A program made the position numbers and the translations under genes. The notes beneath the pieces were generated by a model, which made no database searches, was not told the origin of the DNA, and saw only the letters and a program-made list of their open reading frames with translations. Below, piece after piece: positions 29,288-37,701 of a stretch of DNA of 64,000 bases. Location of the stretch: assembly GCA_964513995.1 (NCBI GenBank), contig CAZEOQ010000008.1, positions 8,759-72,758 on the forward strand, written 5' to 3'. This stretch comes from an uncultured Desulfobacterales bacterium. Lineage in GTDB: Bacteria > Desulfobacterota > DSM-4660 > Desulfatiglandales > JALVZP01. Numbering within the stretch: position 1 is the first letter of the stretch; every line of letters starts with the position of its first letter.

Positions 29288-29779
29288 AGCAATATAAAAT
29301 ATGGTCTTTATTCCATAAAGCTCTGCAATATAACTGCTTAAGAAAAGACCTGCTGATGAAGAAATCCCAACAAATGCATTAAATATCCCAACTGATCTTC
29401 CTCTCCTTTCCCTTGTCGTTATATCTCCCAAAAGAGAAGTGCTCATTGTTTGAGCAATACCATTCGTTATTCCAAAGATTCCTTGTAATACATAGAGCTG
29501 GAAATTGCTTTTTATAACCGTATAGAGAAAGATAATCAGGGAATCAACATATCCTGCAAGAAAGAGAAAAGGTTTTCTTCCAATTCTGTCAGAGAATCTT
29601 CCTGCAAGATAGGATGAAAATGCCTGAAAGAATACCATTATGCCAAAAGCAATTCCAAGCTTTTCAAAACTCAGCTTTTCAAAATGAATAACATAAAATG
29701 GTCCTATAAGACCAAATACAGAAGACCATATGGTGTTCAATAATGTAAAAAGAAATAGATTTTTCGTAGAATTATCCAA
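29189..29779 (-). CDS. MFS transporter, N-terminal six-helix half only (probably truncated)
   Basis: It has the MFS signature GRFSDRIGRKP between TM2 and TM3 and about 6 TM segments. It ends after 196 aa with a non-MFS tail that reads antisense into the small ORF downstream of mnmE. Confidence 0.55.
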   Translation of the reverse strand: MDNSTKNLFLFTLLNTIWSSVFGLIGPFYVIHFEKLSFEKLGIAFGIMVFFQAFSSYLAGRFSDRIGRKPFLFLAGYVDSLIIFLYTVIKSNFQLYVLQGIFGITNGIAQTMSTSLLGDITTRERRGRSVGIFNAFVGISSSAGLFLSSYIAELYGIKTIFYIASASMFLSTFLLFGIKEDIVFDNKVRNKDNSNS

Positions 29780-29878
29780 CTTCCTGAGTTAACTTTATTT
29801 TTTTAATTTTTTCAAAAAAATCTCTCTGACAGTCAAGCTTCTTTAAATTTCCGGAGCAGAAGGATATATAATAAGGGG

Positions 29879-31183
29879 ATGAAAAAAATATATCTCGTAA
29901 GTCTTGGATGTCCAAAAAATTTAGTAGATACTGAATATATGGCAGGTATGTTGTGTTCAGATGGTTTTGAAGTTACAGGCAATCCTGAAGATGCATCTTT
30001 TGTATTGATAAATACATGTGCTTTTATTGAGAGTGCAGTAAGAGAATCTGTTGAGACTATCCTTGAGTTTGCTTCTTTAAAAGAAGAGAAGGGATTTGAA
30101 CTTGTAGTAGCTGGTTGTTTGGTTCAAAGGTATGGCTATAAGCTCAGAAGAGAAATACCTGAAGTAGACATATGGCTTGGGACAGGAAAGGTTGGGAATA
30201 TAAATGACATCTTGAAAAAGAAAAAAGGATTTTTTATCTCATCTCCTGGATTTATACCGGAAAGATATATACCAAGGATTCAAAGCACACCACCTTATAC
30301 AGCTTATCTAAAGATAGCAGAAGGATGCTCTCACAGATGCTCATTTTGCATCATTCCAAAACTGAGAGGAAAGGCTAAGAGTATAAAGCCAGAATTTTTG
30401 ATAAAAGAGGCAAAAAAACTTGCAGAAAATGGAGTAAAAGAGCTCAATATTGTTGCTCAGGATATAACAACTTATGGAAAGGACATAGACTTATCCTTAG
30501 AAGACCTTTTAGAAGAGCTTTTAAAAATAAAGGGAATAGAATGGATAAGATTGCTTTATCTGTATCCTAAAGGTATCTCAGAAAGGCTTCTGAAACTTAT
30601 TGAAAATGAAGAAAAGATCTGTCCTTATCTTGATGTTCCTATTCAGCATGTAAATGATGAGATACTTATGCTTATGGAAAGAGGATATGATAAGAGATTT
30701 CTGATGAAGACTATAGAGAAAATAAAGGCTCTGAAGAGAAAGATATATCTGAGGACAACTCTTATGGTTGGATTTCCTAAGGAAACAGAAGAAAGATTTA
30801 AAGAGCTATATGAATTCGTAAAAGAAGTGGAATTTGATCATTTAGGTGTATTTGTATTTAGTCCTGAAAAGGGAACAAAAGCTTACAGGCTAAAGCCAAA
30901 GGTAGAAAAAAAAGAGGCTGAAATGAGAAGAGATGAAATCATGAAACTTCAAGCAGATATCTCAGAAAGGAAGAATAAAGAGATGATAGGAAAAAAAGTT
31001 TCTGTTATTATAGAAGGAGCACATCCTGAAACAGACTTACTTCTTGTAGGAAGGACGCAGTGGATGGCTCCAGAGATTGACTCTCAGGTGATAATAAATA
31101 AAGGTCTGGGAGATATTGGAGAAATAGTTTCCGTTAAAATAACAGAAGCTTATCCTTATGATCTCATAGGAGAGATAGTATGA
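29879..31183 (+). CDS. rimO: Ribosomal protein S12 methylthiotransferase RimO
   Basis: It has SLGCPKNLVDTEYM (the UPF0004 domain), the radical-SAM motif CSHRCSFCIIP and a C-terminal TRAM domain. Confidence 0.88.
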   Translation: MKKIYLVSLGCPKNLVDTEYMAGMLCSDGFEVTGNPEDASFVLINTCAFIESAVRESVETILEFASLKEEKGFELVVAGCLVQRYGYKLRREIPEVDIWLGTGKVGNINDILKKKKGFFISSPGFIPERYIPRIQSTPPYTAYLKIAEGCSHRCSFCIIPKLRGKAKSIKPEFLIKEAKKLAENGVKELNIVAQDITTYGKDIDLSLEDLLEELLKIKGIEWIRLLYLYPKGISERLLKLIENEEKICPYLDVPIQHVNDEILMLMERGYDKRFLMKTIEKIKALKRKIYLRTTLMVGFPKETEERFKELYEFVKEVEFDHLGVFVFSPEKGTKAYRLKPKVEKKEAEMRRDEIMKLQADISERKNKEMIGKKVSVIIEGAHPETDLLLVGRTQWMAPEIDSQVIINKGLGDIGEIVSVKITEAYPYDLIGEIV

Positions 31184-32136
31184 TAGGAGGAGATATTGTA
31201 AAGATAGAAAAGATAACGAATGAACTCGTAAAAAACATAGGTTCAGATCTTCCTCTTATAAGAGAAGCAGGTTTTTATATATTGCTTGGAGATGGAAAGC
31301 TTCTAAGACCTATACTTTTTATTTTGTGCTGTAAACTTTGTGGTTATGAAAAAGAAGACATATATTCCATATCAACTGTGTTTGAATATATTCATGTTGC
31401 ATCTCTTCTTCACGATGATGTCCTTGATAATGCAGAGACAAGAAGAAATAAGCCTTCTGTAAATAACAAATGGGGAAATCATGTTGCTATCTTAGAAGGA
31501 GACTTTCTTTATACCAGATCTATCATAACAGCACTTAAAGCAAAGAATCTGAAATTTATGGAAAAGATTGCTGAAGCTACAAGCGATATGGTAGAAGGAC
31601 AGATCATGGAAATTGCATACTCAAATAAGTTAGATCTGACAAAGGAAGAATATATGAAGATAGTTGAAAAGAAGACTGCTTCCCTTCTTTCAGCTGCTTG
31701 TGCATCTGGTGCAATTATTGCTGGTGCAGGAAAAAGAGCAGAAGAAGCTCTTTCCAGATTTGGATTTTATCTTGGTATTGCATTCCAGCTTATAGATGAT
31801 CTTTTAGATTATATTGCAAAAGAAGAAAGATTTGGAAAACCTGTTGGAAAAGACATAAGAGAAGGAAAGATTACCCTCCCTCTTATATATGCACTTGAGG
31901 AGATGAAAGAAGAAGAAAGGGAAAAGATAGAAAGAATTTTAAAAGAAAAGGCTCCATCATGTCTTTATGAAGAAATAATAGAGAAAGTAAGAAAGACAAA
32001 TGCTATAAGATATACAAAAGAAGAAGCACTTTGCTTTGTAGAAAAAGCAAAGAAGGAGCTTTCATTTTTTGAAGATTCTCCTGTAAAAGAGAGTCTTATC
32101 TGTCTGAGCAATTATATAATAAACAGAGACCGCTAA
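31180..32136 (+). CDS. Long-chain polyprenyl diphosphate synthase (IspB/HepT-like)
   Basis: It has the first aspartate-rich motif LLHDDVLDNAETRR and the second FQLIDDLLDY. Product chain length cannot be inferred. Confidence 0.85.
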   Translation: MIGGDIVKIEKITNELVKNIGSDLPLIREAGFYILLGDGKLLRPILFILCCKLCGYEKEDIYSISTVFEYIHVASLLHDDVLDNAETRRNKPSVNNKWGNHVAILEGDFLYTRSIITALKAKNLKFMEKIAEATSDMVEGQIMEIAYSNKLDLTKEEYMKIVEKKTASLLSAACASGAIIAGAGKRAEEALSRFGFYLGIAFQLIDDLLDYIAKEERFGKPVGKDIREGKITLPLIYALEEMKEEEREKIERILKEKAPSCLYEEIIEKVRKTNAIRYTKEEALCFVEKAKKELSFFEDSPVKESLICLSNYIINRDR

Positions 32137-32897
32137 ATCTTTATCCTGAGAAAATCCTTTGCAATTATAACATTTCCCTTATAATGCCTCTTGCAACTTC
32201 CTATGATATCAGTCTTTAAACACTCAGGATAAAGATGAGTAAGAACTAAGTTTTTTACATTTGCAGAACCTGCTATTCTTCCTGCAGAATCTGGACTGAG
32301 ATGTGTATCTATCTTGTATTTTCTCAGGTATTCTTCAGGAAAAGAGCATTCTAAGATAAGGAGATCTACATCTTTTGAAGCTTCAATTATCTCCTCACAA
32401 AATCCTGTATCTCCTGAATAAACAATCCTTTTACCAGATGCCTCTATTCTGTAACCTACACTTTCAGGGCTGTGTTTTACAGGAAAAGAAATAACTGTAA
32501 CATCATCAAAGTCTCTTCTTGCCTTTTTCCCCATCTCATCAATCCTCAAGATCTCAGCTGGCAGATTAAGAGAATTTCCATAAGCTCTTTGTATTCCCCT
32601 TATAAAATTCCTTATTCCTGGAGGTCCGTGAACAGTAAAAGGAGACTGAAATTCAGAGCCTATGTTTTTCATAAAAAACATAAAATGGATAAGATCAGCT
32701 GTATGATCAGGATGAAAATGTGAAATGAGGATGTGTTTTATTGATATACAAGAAAGACCAGCTTTTTTTATCTGTCTTACAGTTCCAGGACCTATATCCA
32801 AAAGTAAGTAAGTCTTTTCTGTTTTTATTAAAACAGAAGGAGAGGATCTGTCTTCTGTTGGTATAAAACTTCCTGATCCCAAAATAAGAACTTCCAA
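32133..32897 (-). CDS. MBL-fold metallo-hydrolase (RNase Z/BN-like)
   Basis: It has the HFHPDHTADL (HxHxDH) motif, with downstream His/Asp ligands (VKHSPES, SGDTG, THL). Confidence 0.8.
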   Translation of the reverse strand: MEVLILGSGSFIPTEDRSSPSVLIKTEKTYLLLDIGPGTVRQIKKAGLSCISIKHILISHFHPDHTADLIHFMFFMKNIGSEFQSPFTVHGPPGIRNFIRGIQRAYGNSLNLPAEILRIDEMGKKARRDFDDVTVISFPVKHSPESVGYRIEASGKRIVYSGDTGFCEEIIEASKDVDLLILECSFPEEYLRKYKIDTHLSPDSAGRIAGSANVKNLVLTHLYPECLKTDIIGSCKRHYKGNVIIAKDFLRIKI

Positions 32898-32945
32898 TTG
32901 AAACTCACCTCCTGTAAAATATTTTAGAAGAAAGGAGGGGAAAAT

Positions 32946-35303
32946 ATGTCCTATGTTCTTTTTATAGGAAATTCTGAAGAAAAAAGGAATATTTTTTTTG
33001 AGCTATCAAAAGAGCTTCCTATGGAATTTATATCTTCCTTAGACAAACTTCCAGAAAAAAAACCAGATCTTGTTATCTTAGAGGATCTGGAAGTCCTTAA
33101 AAAGATAAGAGAAAAATATAATGACGAACTTCTGCCATTTATTACAGTTGGAAATAATAAGGATCTTATAAAGGAGCAGATAAGGTCTTTTTTAAAGATC
33201 AAAAGATTTTATGATGAGATATTATCTGAACTTAAGCAAAAAAGACAAGAATTACAATGTCTTTTTCAGATCTCAACCCTCAGAGAAAAGACAAATATTA
33301 CCTTGGAAGAAATCACTCAAGAAATAGCAAATATAATATCTTCTTTAAAGCTTTCAGAAGGAAATGAGATATGTGCCAGGATATTTTTGGGATATCAAGA
33401 ATTCAGGTCAGATAATTTCTTTATAACCCCTTGGAAGTATGCAAGTGATATTATCATAGATGGGGAATGGGGAGGAACTATAGAGATTTATTATTCAAAG
33501 AAACCTGAAAGCTTTAAGGAAAAAGACCTTATTGATGCAATAAGTGAAAGGCTTGGAAGGATAGCAGAAAGGTTTAAGGCAGAAGAATCACTGAAATTTG
33601 AAAGCAGAAATATAAAGAACATATTAAATGCAATGAAAGATCTGATCTATAAGGTAAATGAGAATTATGAGATAGAGTATATAAATCCTGCAATGGAAAA
33701 AGAGTTTGGACCTGCAGGTGGAAAGAAGTGTTATGAATATTTTGGAAGAAGAAAGATTTGTGAATCTTGTCCTCTTCCAGAGGTCTTAAAAGGAAAGACT
33801 TTAAGGAGAGAGAGATACTTTGAAGACAGGAAAAAGATATATGATGTATTAGAGACTCCTGTCAGAAATCCTGATGGAACTGTATCAATGCTTTCTATTC
33901 TCAGAGATCTTACAGAACTGAAACGTGCACATATGGATCTTATGGAAAAGGAAGAGCTTCACAGGAAACTGACAGAATCTGTTGCAGATGGCGTTATTCT
34001 TGTGCAGGATGGAAAGATAATATTTGCAAATAAGGCATTTTCAGAAATATTTGAATTTGAAAATACTCAAGAACTTATAGGAACAGAGATAAAATCCTTA
34101 TTTGATAAAGACTTCCATGCACTATGCAAAAAGGTATTTGATCCTTATCTTCTTCCAAATGCAATAGAGCCAACAAACTGGCTTCTTGGAAAGACAAAGA
34201 GGGGGAAAAAGATCTGGGTAGCAATAAACAGAAGTATTATTACTTTAAAATCAAAACCTGCTATCCTTGCAACTTTCAGAGATGTTACAGAACAGGTAAT
34301 GTGGGAGAGAAAGATTCAAGAAGAAACAGAATATTTCAGAAGAGAAACAATAAAACTCAGATCTACTCTAAAGGATAGATACAAATTCGGAGAGCTGATA
34401 GGAAAAAGCCCTGCAATGCAACAGGTATATGAGCTTATTCTTAAGGCAGCAGATTCTGATGCAAGTGTAGTGATCCTTGGAGAATCAGGGACAGGAAAGG
34501 AACTTGTTGCAAGAGCTATACATAAACTTAGCAAAAGGGCTAATAAGCCTTTTATTGCTGTAAACTGTGGAGCAATCCCTGAACAACTTGTAGAAAGTGA
34601 ATTTTTTGGTCATAAAAAAGGATCTTTTACAGGGGCATATACTGACAAGCATGGATATCTTTATGTAGTAAATGGAGGAACACTTTTTTTGGATGAGGTT
34701 GGGGAACTTAATACAAACATTCAGGTAAAATTCTTAAGAGCACTTGAAACAGGAGAATATTCTCCTATAGGAGACACGAATACATATAAGTCAGACTTCA
34801 GGCTTATCTGTGCAACAAACAGAGATCTTGCACAGCTTGTAAGAGAAGGAAAGATGAGGGAAGATTTTTATTACAGAATAAGCGTGATCCCTATCTTCAT
34901 TCCACCACTTAGGGAAAGAAAAGAAGATATTCCTCTCCTTGTAGAACATTTCTTAAAGGTATACAGCAAAGGAAAACATCCTCCAATACTTCCTGCAAAA
35001 TACATGGATCTTCTTATGAGCTATGACTGGCCCGGAAATGTCAGAGAACTTCAGGCAGTAATACAGAGATATCTTGCTGTTGGAACATTTGATTTTATGA
35101 ATAAAAAACTGAATGAACCTTCTGTAGACATAGAAAACTTTTCTTCAAAGAGCCTAAGACAAGCAGTTGATGAATTTGAGAAACAGATTATTCTGAAGAC
35201 ATTAAATCAAAACAGATGGCATAGAGGAAAAACCGCATCTGCACTTGGAATAGATCCTAAGACATTGTATAGAAAGATGAAGAGATATGGAATTTTAGCC
35301 TGA
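32946..35303 (+). CDS. Sigma-54-dependent transcriptional activator (receiver-like N-terminus, GAF-like, two PAS, AAA+, Fis-type HTH)
   Basis: The AAA+ core has [30 protein letters not shown] (the GAFTGA-type loop), LFLDEVGEL and [10 protein letters not shown], and there is a C-terminal HTH ([22 protein letters not shown]). One PAS region carries [15 protein letters not shown]. Confidence 0.88.
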   Translation: MSYVLFIGNSEEKRNIFFELSKELPMEFISSLDKLPEKKPDLVILEDLEVLKKIREKYNDELLPFITVGNNKDLIKEQIRSFLKIKRFYDEILSELKQKRQELQCLFQISTLREKTNITLEEITQEIANIISSLKLSEGNEICARIFLGYQEFRSDNFFITPWKYASDIIIDGEWGGTIEIYYSKKPESFKEKDLIDAISERLGRIAERFKAEESLKFESRNIKNILNAMKDLIYKVNENYEIEYINPAMEKEFGPAGGKKCYEYFGRRKICESCPLPEVLKGKTLRRERYFEDRKKIYDVLETPVRNPDGTVSMLSILRDLTELKRAHMDLMEKEELHRKLTESVADGVILVQDGKIIFANKAFSEIFEFENTQELIGTEIKSLFDKDFHALCKKVFDPYLLPNAIEPTNWLLGKTKRGKKIWVAINRSIITLKSKPAILATFRDVTEQVMWERKIQEETEYFRRETIKLRSTLKDRYKFGELIGKSPAMQQVYELILKAADSDASVVILGESGTGKELVARAIHKLSKRANKPFIAVNCGAIPEQLVESEFFGHKKGSFTGAYTDKHGYLYVVNGGTLFLDEVGELNTNIQVKFLRALETGEYSPIGDTNTYKSDFRLICATNRDLAQLVREGKMREDFYYRISVIPIFIPPLRERKEDIPLLVEHFLKVYSKGKHPPILPAKYMDLLMSYDWPGNVRELQAVIQRYLAVGTFDFMNKKLNEPSVDIENFSSKSLRQAVDEFEKQIILKTLNQNRWHRGKTASALGIDPKTLYRKMKRYGILA

Positions 35304-35435
35304 ATATGGTGCAAAAATGCCCTATCTTAAGAATCTTTTTTGATTTTAGAATATTACTTCAAATTCAAGCTTCATATAAGGCACTTTTGCCATAAAGATC
35401 AGAAATCCTCTTCTGGTAACATAAGGCTTCTTAAG

Positions 35436-35451
35436 TGGCATGATTGTTGCA
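35436..35451 (+). promoter_or_regulatory. Sigma-54 (-24/-12) promoter upstream of sat
   Basis: TGGCATG-ATTG-TTGCA matches the consensus TGGCACG-N4-TTGCW with one mismatch and correct GG/GC spacing. It lies about 43 nt upstream of the sat ATG and directly downstream of the sigma-54 activator gene. Confidence 0.6.
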
Positions 35452-35493
35452 TTTTAGAGTAAAAAAAAAGAGAAAAATCTAAGGGGGTAAATA

Positions 35494-36852
35494 ATGTCAG
35501 ATTTACTTATACAAAGACCTCTTCCCCATGGGGGAAGGCTTGTAGAAAGGGTTGTAAGGAACAAGGAAGTAGCAAAGAAGATGATAAAAGGCTGTCCTAC
35601 ATATGAAATAAAGCCAACACTTCACTTTGAAACAGGTGTCCCTGTAAGGAATGTATACAGAGAGATCATGTCAATCTGTTATGGATTTTTTAGTCCGGTA
35701 GAAGGTTCAATGACTCAGGCAGAAGTAGAAAGGGTTCTTAAAGAAAGAAGGCTTCTGAATGACTGGATATTTCCATTCCCACTTGTATTTGACATAAGCA
35801 AGGAGGACTATAAAAAGCTTGGTGTAACATCTGGAGATAGACTCCTTCTTACACTTAAAGGAAAGCCTTTTGCTGTCCTGGACATAGAAGAAGTATGGGA
35901 GATAGATCATCTTGAAGAATTTGCACATAAGGTATTTGGAACACCAGAAGATAATCCAGAAGTAGTAAGACAGCGTTTTGACAAAAAGCATCCAGGATGG
36001 GTAATATACCGCAGTCATCAGCCAGTTGTCCTTGCAGGAAAGTATACGATTATAAACGAACCTAAGTTCCGTCCACCATTTGACAGATTCTGGTATCCAC
36101 CAAGAGAGTGCAGGAAGAAGTTTGATGAGCTTGGATGGCGGACAGTCATTGCTCATCAGACAAGAAATGTTCCACATGTAGGACACGAGTTCCTTATGAA
36201 GAATGCAGCATATACAGGTGATGTTGAGCCTTGTCATGGAATACTTGTAAATGCAATAATTGGTGTGAAAAGAAGAGGAGATTATCCTGATGAGACGATA
36301 GTTGAGGCACAGGAGGCAGTAAGCACAGCAGGATACATAAAGCCTGAAAGAAGACTTGTAAGCATCTGTCTCTGGGACATGAGATACGGAAATCCTCTTG
36401 AATCACTTCTTCATGCAATAATCCGTCAGAATATGGGATGCACTCATCACATGTTTGGTCGTGATCACGCAGCAGTTGGTGAATACTACGACATGTGGGC
36501 AACCCAGATCCTTTGGACAAAAGGAATTCCAAGCTTTGGATTTGACAAACCACCAACAGAAGTTCCATATGGACTCCAGATAAGACCACAGAATATCAGG
36601 GAATTTGCATACTGTCCAGTCTGCAAAGAGATGGCATACAGTGAGACATGTGGACATAAAAGAGAAGGAATAAGTGGAAGTCTTCTGAGGGGACTTATAG
36701 CAGAAGGTGTTCAGCCTCCTGCAATAATTATGAGACCAGAGGTATATAAGGTAGTAGTAAAATGGTGGAAGAAGTTTGGATATCCTTTCTGCAATGAGAA
36801 GTATGTGATGGAAAAGGAGAAGAATCTTGAAGTTGATCTTGAAGACCTATAA
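35494..36852 (+). CDS. sat: Sulfate adenylyltransferase (ATP sulfurylase), dissimilatory type
   Basis: It has LPHGGRL near the N-terminus, HQTRNVPHVGHEFL (QTRN/HxxH nucleotidyl-transferase motifs) and a strong RBS (AAGGGGG). It lies upstream of aprBA. Confidence 0.92.
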   Translation: MSDLLIQRPLPHGGRLVERVVRNKEVAKKMIKGCPTYEIKPTLHFETGVPVRNVYREIMSICYGFFSPVEGSMTQAEVERVLKERRLLNDWIFPFPLVFDISKEDYKKLGVTSGDRLLLTLKGKPFAVLDIEEVWEIDHLEEFAHKVFGTPEDNPEVVRQRFDKKHPGWVIYRSHQPVVLAGKYTIINEPKFRPPFDRFWYPPRECRKKFDELGWRTVIAHQTRNVPHVGHEFLMKNAAYTGDVEPCHGILVNAIIGVKRRGDYPDETIVEAQEAVSTAGYIKPERRLVSICLWDMRYGNPLESLLHAIIRQNMGCTHHMFGRDHAAVGEYYDMWATQILWTKGIPSFGFDKPPTEVPYGLQIRPQNIREFAYCPVCKEMAYSETCGHKREGISGSLLRGLIAEGVQPPAIIMRPEVYKVVVKWWKKFGYPFCNEKYVMEKEKNLEVDLEDL

Positions 36853-36864
36853 AGGAGGAAAAAA

Positions 36865-37221
36865 ATGGGTCATTACATTTTAGTATTTTTGGATGAAAGA
36901 AGGATGGAGAAGATAAAAGGGACTGAGGTTGAAAATAAGATAAAGACGATGTTTGGAGGAGAGCTGAAGTGCATAGAAGTAGATGTTCCTGATGAGCTGA
37001 GTCAAAAGATACTCAAGACATTTGATACAGCTCGTATTGATGCACGTGGTGCAATAACAGACCTTCCCGTAGCATTTATGAGGGAGCTTTTCAACAGTAT
37101 AGCAGAAAAGAAGTCTGTAGGTCCTGAAGTAATAGAAGCTGTTCTTTCCAAAGCTGACGAGATAAAAGAGATGGCAGCAAAAGAATCAGAATATCTTCCT
37201 CCTCCAGACATAGAGGTCTAA
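36865..37221 (+). CDS. Hypothetical acidic 118-aa protein embedded between sat and aprB
   Basis: It has a strong RBS (AAGGAGG 8 nt upstream) and 12/24-nt gaps to its neighbours. I recognised no motif. Confidence 0.6.
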   Translation: MGHYILVFLDERRMEKIKGTEVENKIKTMFGGELKCIEVDVPDELSQKILKTFDTARIDARGAITDLPVAFMRELFNSIAEKKSVGPEVIEAVLSKADEIKEMAAKESEYLPPPDIEV

Positions 37222-37245
37222 AAAATAAAAAAGGAGGTATAAAAG

Positions 37246-37689
37246 ATGCCAAGTTATGTGATTACTGAAAAATGTGATGGTTGCAAAGGTCAGGACAAGA
37301 CTGCATGCATGTACATCTGTCCAAACGATCTTATGGTTCTTGATAAAGAAAGGATGAAGGCATACAATCGTGATCCATCAATGTGCTGGGAATGCCAGTG
37401 CTGTGTAAAGATCTGTCCACAGCAGGCAATGGATGTTCGTGGTTATGCTGACTTTATGCCACTTGGAGCAAGCTGCACACCACTTCGTGGATCAAAGGAC
37501 ATTATGTGGACAGTAAAGTTCAGAGATGGAACAATAAAAAGGTTCAAGTTCCCTATAAGGACAACTGAGGAAGGAACAGCAGATCCAACAGGAGGATTCA
37601 AGACACATGATGATCTAAAAAGTGAAGCACTTGCAGTAGAACCAGATGCACTTGGAATTCCTGAAGTTCCAAAATTTAAATCTTCATAA
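37246..37689 (+). CDS. aprB: Adenylylsulfate (APS) reductase beta subunit
   Basis: It has MPSYVITEKCDGCKG...CMYICPNDLM and CWECQCCVKICPQQA, the two 4Fe-4S motifs characteristic of AprB, plus the C-terminal tail. Confidence 0.92.
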   Translation: MPSYVITEKCDGCKGQDKTACMYICPNDLMVLDKERMKAYNRDPSMCWECQCCVKICPQQAMDVRGYADFMPLGASCTPLRGSKDIMWTVKFRDGTIKRFKFPIRTTEEGTADPTGGFKTHDDLKSEALAVEPDALGIPEVPKFKSS

Positions 37690-37701
37690 GGAGGGAGAAA
37701 G

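Noticed and set aside
35338-35368. A Rex-type operator (TTGTGAA-N4-TTCACAA) upstream of sat, as known in Desulfovibrio.
   Set aside because: The closest sequence, TTGATTTTAGAATATTACTTCAA, shares only the outer TTGA/TCAA and has the wrong spacing and length.
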